A stretch of 51,902 bases of DNA from Methanobacteriota archaeon (GTDB lineage Archaea > Thermoplasmatota > Poseidoniia > Poseidoniales > Poseidoniaceae), in NCBI GenBank assembly GCA_018623995.1, contig JAAZUV010000001.1, positions 1 to 51,902 on the forward strand. The letters are read 5' to 3'. This document shows, piece by piece, positions 47,422 to 51,902 of the stretch (its first letter is position 1; the number at the start of each line of letters is the position of its first letter). The position numbers and the translations under genes are program-made. The notes below the pieces were generated by a model, which was not told the origin of the DNA, ran no database searches, and was given only the letters and a program-made list of their open reading frames with translations.

Positions 47422-47787
47422 TTGACGACTGCTGCCGATGATTCGATGGAACTCGAAGCGTTCCGTCAACGTCGACAGATGGAACTCCAGCAACAACTTG
47501 AACAGCAAGCCCAGCAGCAAGCAGCCGCAGAAGCTGAATCGCATGTACAAGCGCAAGAACAGCAAGCACTCGATCAAGCAATGAAGACGATTCTCACGTC
47601 GGAAGCACGTAGCCGTCTCACAAATATTTCATTGGTTGATGCCAACAAAGCAGATCTCATGAAGCGACAACTTGTTTCACTTCATGAGCAACAAAAAATT
47701 TCCATTCCAGTCAACGATGAACAGTTGAAGAGAATCTTAGCAAGCCTATCCAAGAGCCGCAGAGATGCGTCGATCCGTCGAATGTAA
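47422..47787 (+). CDS. PDCD5-family DNA-binding protein
   Basis: ELEAFRQRR, ILTSEARSRL, DEQLKRIL; canonical position after rps19e. Confidence 0.88.
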   Translation: MTTAADDSMELEAFRQRRQMELQQQLEQQAQQQAAAEAESHVQAQEQQALDQAMKTILTSEARSRLTNISLVDANKADLMKRQLVSLHEQQKISIPVNDEQLKRILASLSKSRRDASIRRM

Positions 47788-47802
47788 GAGGGGTGCTCGA
47801 AT

Positions 47803-47958
47803 ATGTCAAAAAATAAACCAGCAGCAAAGAAAATTCGCCTGATGAAGGCAGGAAAGCAGAACCGTCGTGTCCCTGTATGGGTCATGCTAAAAACGAACAG
47901 AAACACAGTGTCGCATCCAAAGCGTCACCACTGGCGACGTAGCAAGTTGCAACGATGA
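47803..47958 (+). CDS. rpl39e: 50S ribosomal protein L39e (not in ORF track)
   Basis: Own translation: [51 protein letters not shown]. Confidence 0.96.
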   Translation: MSKNKPAAKKIRLMKAGKQNRRVPVWVMLKTNRNTVSHPKRHHWRRSKLQR

Positions 47959-47969
47959 GGTGATTGATT

Positions 47970-48248
47970 ATGGCAAGAGCAGCAACATCTGAATTGGTCG
48001 TACCGCTACGAAAAGCATGGAACATCACCCGTTTCAAGCGAGCACCTCGTGCTATCCAAATTATCCGCGACGAAGTTATTCGTCATCTCAAAGTTCTTCC
48101 AGAAGAGGAGATTTACATCGATCCATCCGTCAACGAGAAAATCTGGGAACGTGGAATCGAGAATCCTCCACGAAAGATTCGCCTGACTGTGATTCGTCAT
48201 GATGAACCAGATATTCCAATCGAAGTCAAATTGTATGAGGAGGCCTGA
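47970..48248 (+). CDS. rpl31e: 50S ribosomal protein L31e
   Basis: [40 protein letters not shown]. Confidence 0.95.
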   Translation: MARAATSELVVPLRKAWNITRFKRAPRAIQIIRDEVIRHLKVLPEEEIYIDPSVNEKIWERGIENPPRKIRLTVIRHDEPDIPIEVKLYEEA

Positions 48249-48250
48249 AT

Positions 48251-48442
48251 ATGGGAAACATTCGTCCTAGTTTTATTAAAATTCGAGCAATTCGTTTGGT
48301 TGAAGAACACGGTGAAAAGTTCACTGATGACTTTGATCACAACAAGAAAATGGTCGAAGAACTCACCGATGTGAGTACCAAAAAGTTGCGAAACTGGATC
48401 GCTGGTTACGTGACTCGATACCGACAACGTCGAACTGATTGA
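48251..48442 (+). CDS. rps17e: 30S ribosomal protein S17e
   Basis: [31 protein letters not shown]. Confidence 0.96.
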   Translation: MGNIRPSFIKIRAIRLVEEHGEKFTDDFDHNKKMVEELTDVSTKKLRNWIAGYVTRYRQRRTD

Positions 48443-48449
48443 TGGGGAT

Positions 48450-48677
48450 TTGAGCGTGCCCATCTGGGTTGACTGGAATCGAACTCCAGTTTCTGTCCAC
48501 GGTCCTGATGAAGCAGCGCTAGAGCAACTCATCATGCATCTACGAAACACGCACAACGTCCGTCGACGGTCGCTGGTTATGCAAGACAGGGAGAACGGCG
48601 GCTATCTGTTCTTCATTTATCAGGCATGCAATCCTCTTTGGATTGCAGAGTATCTTCAGAATTCGGAGGAAGAATGA
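48450..48677 (+). CDS. Small hypothetical protein
   Basis: 75-aa TTG ORF with GGGG upstream; its stop overlaps the next ATG. Confidence 0.6.
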   Translation: MSVPIWVDWNRTPVSVHGPDEAALEQLIMHLRNTHNVRRRSLVMQDRENGGYLFFIYQACNPLWIAEYLQNSEEE

Positions 48678-49513
48678 TGGGCGAACGTAGTGATGTCCCC
48701 CTGCCTCATTCCGAATACACATTGCATGTTGTAATGATCGGTACCGAACATCCTGGCAACCTTGGTGCGGTTTGTCGTTCGTTGCTGAATCACGGATTTG
48801 ACTCGTTACGACTGGTTCAACCAAAGTGTCACCCGGATGATATCGAAGCTCGCAATCGTGCAAAACATGCAGGAAGAGTCCTCGATTCCTGCAAAATTTT
48901 CGATTCATTCGAACAAGCGGTCGCAGATTGTTCCCTTGTCGTTGGAACGTCAGGAAAAAGAGAAATTGGTGAAAAAACCCAGAAGCGTCACTTCATGTAT
49001 CCTTGGGAATTTGCAGAAAGAATCGAATCGACTCAACAATCGGTTGCTTTGATCTTTGGTGAGGAAGGAAAAGGATTGAGTACAGAGGATCTACTTCGCT
49101 GTGACTACCTTGTTACGTTACCTACATGGGAAGGATATCCAATTACAAATCTCAGCCATGCTGTACATACATTGACATACGAACTTCATCGTAATCGTGT
49201 CCTTGCTCTACAGGGTATAGATAATGCATTGCCAGATATCGTTCCTATCGAACGGTCCATCTCACCAGAGCAACGGAAAGTTCTCCGTAAAGCCATTCAA
49301 GATATTGCCCAATTTCTACCAGGCGGTGATGAACGTCGAATCTCCTTCACACATTCACTCACACGAGCATTGCAACGGTCCGGACTTGAAACAGATCAAA
49401 CAAACCGATTGATTGGAGGTTTCGTCGATGCATCAACAGCTCTTGAATTTGCAACGAAAAATAGTGAATGGAAGTCCACTCGACGCCGGCGAGTCATCTT
49501 GGAAGAAGAGTGA
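48674..49513 (+). CDS. trmJ: SPOUT tRNA 2'-O-methyltransferase, TrmJ family
   Basis: HPGNLGAVCR, ALIFGEEGKGLS, NLSHAV. Confidence 0.85.
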   Translation: MMGERSDVPLPHSEYTLHVVMIGTEHPGNLGAVCRSLLNHGFDSLRLVQPKCHPDDIEARNRAKHAGRVLDSCKIFDSFEQAVADCSLVVGTSGKREIGEKTQKRHFMYPWEFAERIESTQQSVALIFGEEGKGLSTEDLLRCDYLVTLPTWEGYPITNLSHAVHTLTYELHRNRVLALQGIDNALPDIVPIERSISPEQRKVLRKAIQDIAQFLPGGDERRISFTHSLTRALQRSGLETDQTNRLIGGFVDASTALEFATKNSEWKSTRRRRVILEEE

Positions 49514-49963
49514 TTATGCGTACCATGATGCCCAGCTTTTCGGGGTTTCACGGACGTGCATAGCAACAAGTCGCAGCCGATTTCCATACGCAGTCTGAAT
49601 GTGTGGTTGCACTTGTTCGTACGCCCATTTTGCAAGATTTTCTGCAGTTGGAATGAAGGGAACGACAACAGTTCGATGTTCCGATGATAAACCGGACAAC
49701 ACGTTACGGGCTTCTTCATCGCCTTCGTACACAACGAACGCGTGATCTACGACATCATGAATGTGGACGGTTAGAATGTGACTGACGTCACTGAAATCCA
49801 TCAGCATCCCTTCTTCACTTACACCTGTCGTTTCTACAATATCGCCTTCAATTTCTGCCTCGAAACGATAGCGGTGTCCGTGGAAATGTCTACATTTACT
49901 CTTGTGATTAGGCACGCGGTGACCTGTATCAGTTTCTACATATCGTCGGATTCTTGTTGTCAT
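49514..49963 (-). CDS. queD: 6-carboxy-5,6,7,8-tetrahydropterin synthase
   Basis: GHRV...[28 protein letters not shown]. Confidence 0.92.
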   Translation of the reverse strand: MTTRIRRYVETDTGHRVPNHKSKCRHFHGHRYRFEAEIEGDIVETTGVSEEGMLMDFSDVSHILTVHIHDVVDHAFVVYEGDEEARNVLSGLSSEHRTVVVPFIPTAENLAKWAYEQVQPHIQTAYGNRLRLVAMHVRETPKSWASWYA

Positions 49964-50343
49964 TGTTTCACCTCAAATCGCATAGCAGCGCTATTGATGC
50001 AATATCGTTCTCCACCATGTTTGCGTGGGCCATCGTTGAACACATGTCCCAGATGAGCATCACACGAACCACATCGAACCTCAACGCGAGTCATACCATG
50101 TGAAGTATCGATAATTCGAGATATTGCAGCATCATGATGTTCGCTGTGAAAAGCCGGCCACCCACATCCTGAGTCAAATTTCATTTGATCTGTGAATAAT
50201 TTGGTATCGCAAACGATGCAATAGTAATCGCCTGGTCGATATTCTTTGTTTAACGCACCAGTAAAAGGCCTCTCAGTGCCATTTTGCTGCGTCACATAGT
50301 ACGAGATTTCAGATAAGGCAGCAATACGTTCATCAAGATTCAT
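49960..50343 (-). CDS. msrB: Peptide-methionine (R)-S-oxide reductase
   Basis: [41 protein letters not shown]. True start ATG 50343 with GGAGG RBS. Confidence 0.93.
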   Translation of the reverse strand: MNLDERIAALSEISYYVTQQNGTERPFTGALNKEYRPGDYYCIVCDTKLFTDQMKFDSGCGWPAFHSEHHDAAISRIIDTSHGMTRVEVRCGSCDAHLGHVFNDGPRKHGGERYCINSAAMRFEVKQ

Positions 50344-51127
50344 GTCCAGTCCCTCCCTTGTAATCCATTTCAACTCGGAGTGCGTGTTCCAACACAACAT
50401 CCCACGGTTGTTGATATTCGATTGGGTCAATTCGACCAATCGCATGGAATGCCAGAATTCGTTCCACATCTGATCCGCTTTTTCCTGAGCTTCGGCCCTG
50501 TTCATCAGGGTTGTACGAAGTAATCGTATTGCGAAGAACTGTATCAAAATCAAACCCCAACTGCGGTGTGGTTTCCAATGCATCTTGGAGTATTGACGTC
50601 TTGTCACCGTGCAAATAGGGAAGGTCAAATTCGACCAATTCACTGTCCCAATTTCCAATCTCAAAGGCGGATTGAAGGGCTTGGTAAAATTCTGGTCTGC
50701 AATCTGGATAAATCGCATGATCGCCGCTGTGAACTCCGAGTGCAAGAACGACATTCTGTTCAGTTCTCTTCGCTTCTGAGAGGGCAAAACCATACAAGAT
50801 GGAGGCAAATATCGCATTCCGATTTGGAACAACAGTCTGTTTCATCTGGTTTTCTTCGTAGTGCCCTAACGGAACGTCTTGATCTCCGGACGTTAACGCC
50901 GAATCGAACAGAGACATGGCTGGTGATAGGTCAACAATATGATGTTGAACGTCGAGTCCTCTTCCTTGACACAGAGTAACAGTAGCGGATGCTCTTTCAA
51001 TTTCGATCGAATGCTTTTGGCCATAATGATACGAAATGCATATTGCTCGATAATCTAGAGCTAGATAATGCATTAGGAGACATGTTGAATCCATGCCTCC
51101 ACTTAGTGCCATAACCACTGTTTTCAT
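50333..51127 (-). CDS. queC: 7-cyano-7-deazaguanine synthase
   Basis: [26 protein letters not shown]. Confidence 0.92.
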   Translation of the reverse strand: MKTVVMALSGGMDSTCLLMHYLALDYRAICISYHYGQKHSIEIERASATVTLCQGRGLDVQHHIVDLSPAMSLFDSALTSGDQDVPLGHYEENQMKQTVVPNRNAIFASILYGFALSEAKRTEQNVVLALGVHSGDHAIYPDCRPEFYQALQSAFEIGNWDSELVEFDLPYLHGDKTSILQDALETTPQLGFDFDTVLRNTITSYNPDEQGRSSGKSGSDVERILAFHAIGRIDPIEYQQPWDVVLEHALRVEMDYKGGTGHES

Positions 51128-51786
51128 AGAATTCCCATCCATTTGTGCGTCTGCAATGATAATCTCCAACCACGATGCTCTTTGACAATTTGTTCTGTAT
51201 TCTGAAACATTACACCATTTTCTTCCACAGTGGCTGTATCAATGTAACATGGTTGAATGAAGTGGTGATCAAAGCCTGATTTTAAGTCATCATACATGTC
51301 CATCTCTTGTCCACAATACACGACTTTCAATTCATTTCCACTTCGTTGACGTATGACCGAATTTGGATAGACTTGATCCTTCGGAGAGATGCATACCCAA
51401 TCAATCAATCCGTCAGGTATCTCGATCGTTCCATTGCTTTCGATCGATAGATTGTATCCTCTTCGCTTCAGCAATCGATGGAGAGGCCACAAATCATGCA
51501 ACATCGGTTCACCTCCTGTGAAGATTACTCGGTCACAATCGTATTGCAGAATTTGGATTAATACATCAATTCCGTTCATTGTTTCAAAGGTATCAAAATC
51601 CGTATCGCACCAAGAACAACGTAGGTTGCATGTACCAAATCTCACGAATACATGCGGAATGCCAGCATGAAACCCTTCTCCTTGGACCGAATGAAATATT
51701 TCGACAATTGGATATTCTTTCGAAAGATCTCTAACGTCATCTTTGAAATGCCTCTTGAAGCCAGCGCGTAAAGCCTCACGGTCCAT
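51124..51786 (-). CDS. queE: 7-carboxy-7-deazaguanine synthase (radical SAM)
   Basis: EIFHSVQGEG, CNLRCSWCDT, TGGEP, SPK, LSLQTHK. Confidence 0.94.
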   Translation of the reverse strand: MDREALRAGFKRHFKDDVRDLSKEYPIVEIFHSVQGEGFHAGIPHVFVRFGTCNLRCSWCDTDFDTFETMNGIDVLIQILQYDCDRVIFTGGEPMLHDLWPLHRLLKRRGYNLSIESNGTIEIPDGLIDWVCISPKDQVYPNSVIRQRSGNELKVVYCGQEMDMYDDLKSGFDHHFIQPCYIDTATVEENGVMFQNTEQIVKEHRGWRLSLQTHKWMGIL

Positions 51787-51792
51787 GATGTA

Positions 51793-51902
51793 TCAACTCG
51801 AATTTTCGATGAGTTGCATCAGTTCGTTTCGTGCTTCCTGCTTTTCAAAGAAAACGCCACGCATCGCACTCGTGGTCATAATTGCGTTTTGCTTCTTTAC
51901 GC
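51793..51902 (-). CDS. folE: GTP cyclohydrolase I, C-terminal fragment (runs off window)
   Basis: Own translation: ...VKKQNAIMTTSAMRGVFFEKQEARNELMQLIENSS*; sits upstream of queE-queC-queD. Confidence 0.85.
   Translation of the reverse strand, partial: VKKQNAIMTTSAMRGVFFEKQEARNELMQLIENSS

Noticed and set aside
47480..47580. Gln/Ala-rich tract in PDCD5 and Pro-rich tract in the TPR protein (38630-38720)
   Set aside because: Ordinary low-complexity linkers.
50344..50832. Apparent 163-aa N-terminal extension of MsrB
   Set aside because: It is an alternative frame inside queC; MsrB has its own RBS and ATG at 50343.
49514..51902. preQ0 genes as a DNA 7-deazaguanine modification (dpd) defence island
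   Set aside because: No dpdA/TGT-like or other dpd genes are in the window; archaeosine tRNA modification is the simpler explanation. Sequence beyond the right edge is unseen.

Overview
A gene-dense, mostly housekeeping archaeal chromosome segment. Archaeal markers (rps19e, rpl39e, rpl31e, rps17e, geranylgeranyl reductase, tRNA-splicing endonuclease, archease, full-length SRP RNA) occur with bacterial-type genes (TopB with C-terminal repeats, class 2 PyrD, PntAB, MqnC, HldE-like kinase) and large acidic surface proteins. That mix suggests Marine Group II (Poseidoniales); this is inference from gene content. About 46 CDS plus one SRP RNA; no tRNA, rRNA, CRISPR or mobile element was recognised. 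Three CDS missing from the ORF track were added: rpl39e, a 57-aa membrane protein and a partial folE. The most interesting observations are: a TatC-like protein fused to a Cys-rich HdrA-N-terminal-like domain directly downstream of a CxCH/reeler-like membrane protein; a lipoyl/biotinyl-like domain with an in-register Lys inside a Ca-binding surface protein; a TSP3-repeat/PNGase-F lipoprotein; a QueC lacking all Zn-ligand cysteines; an IscA plus mini-YgfZ pair; and a degenerate heptose-kinase homologue coupled to a wHTH-TerB protein and archease. All family calls are motif recognition by eye; no searches were run.
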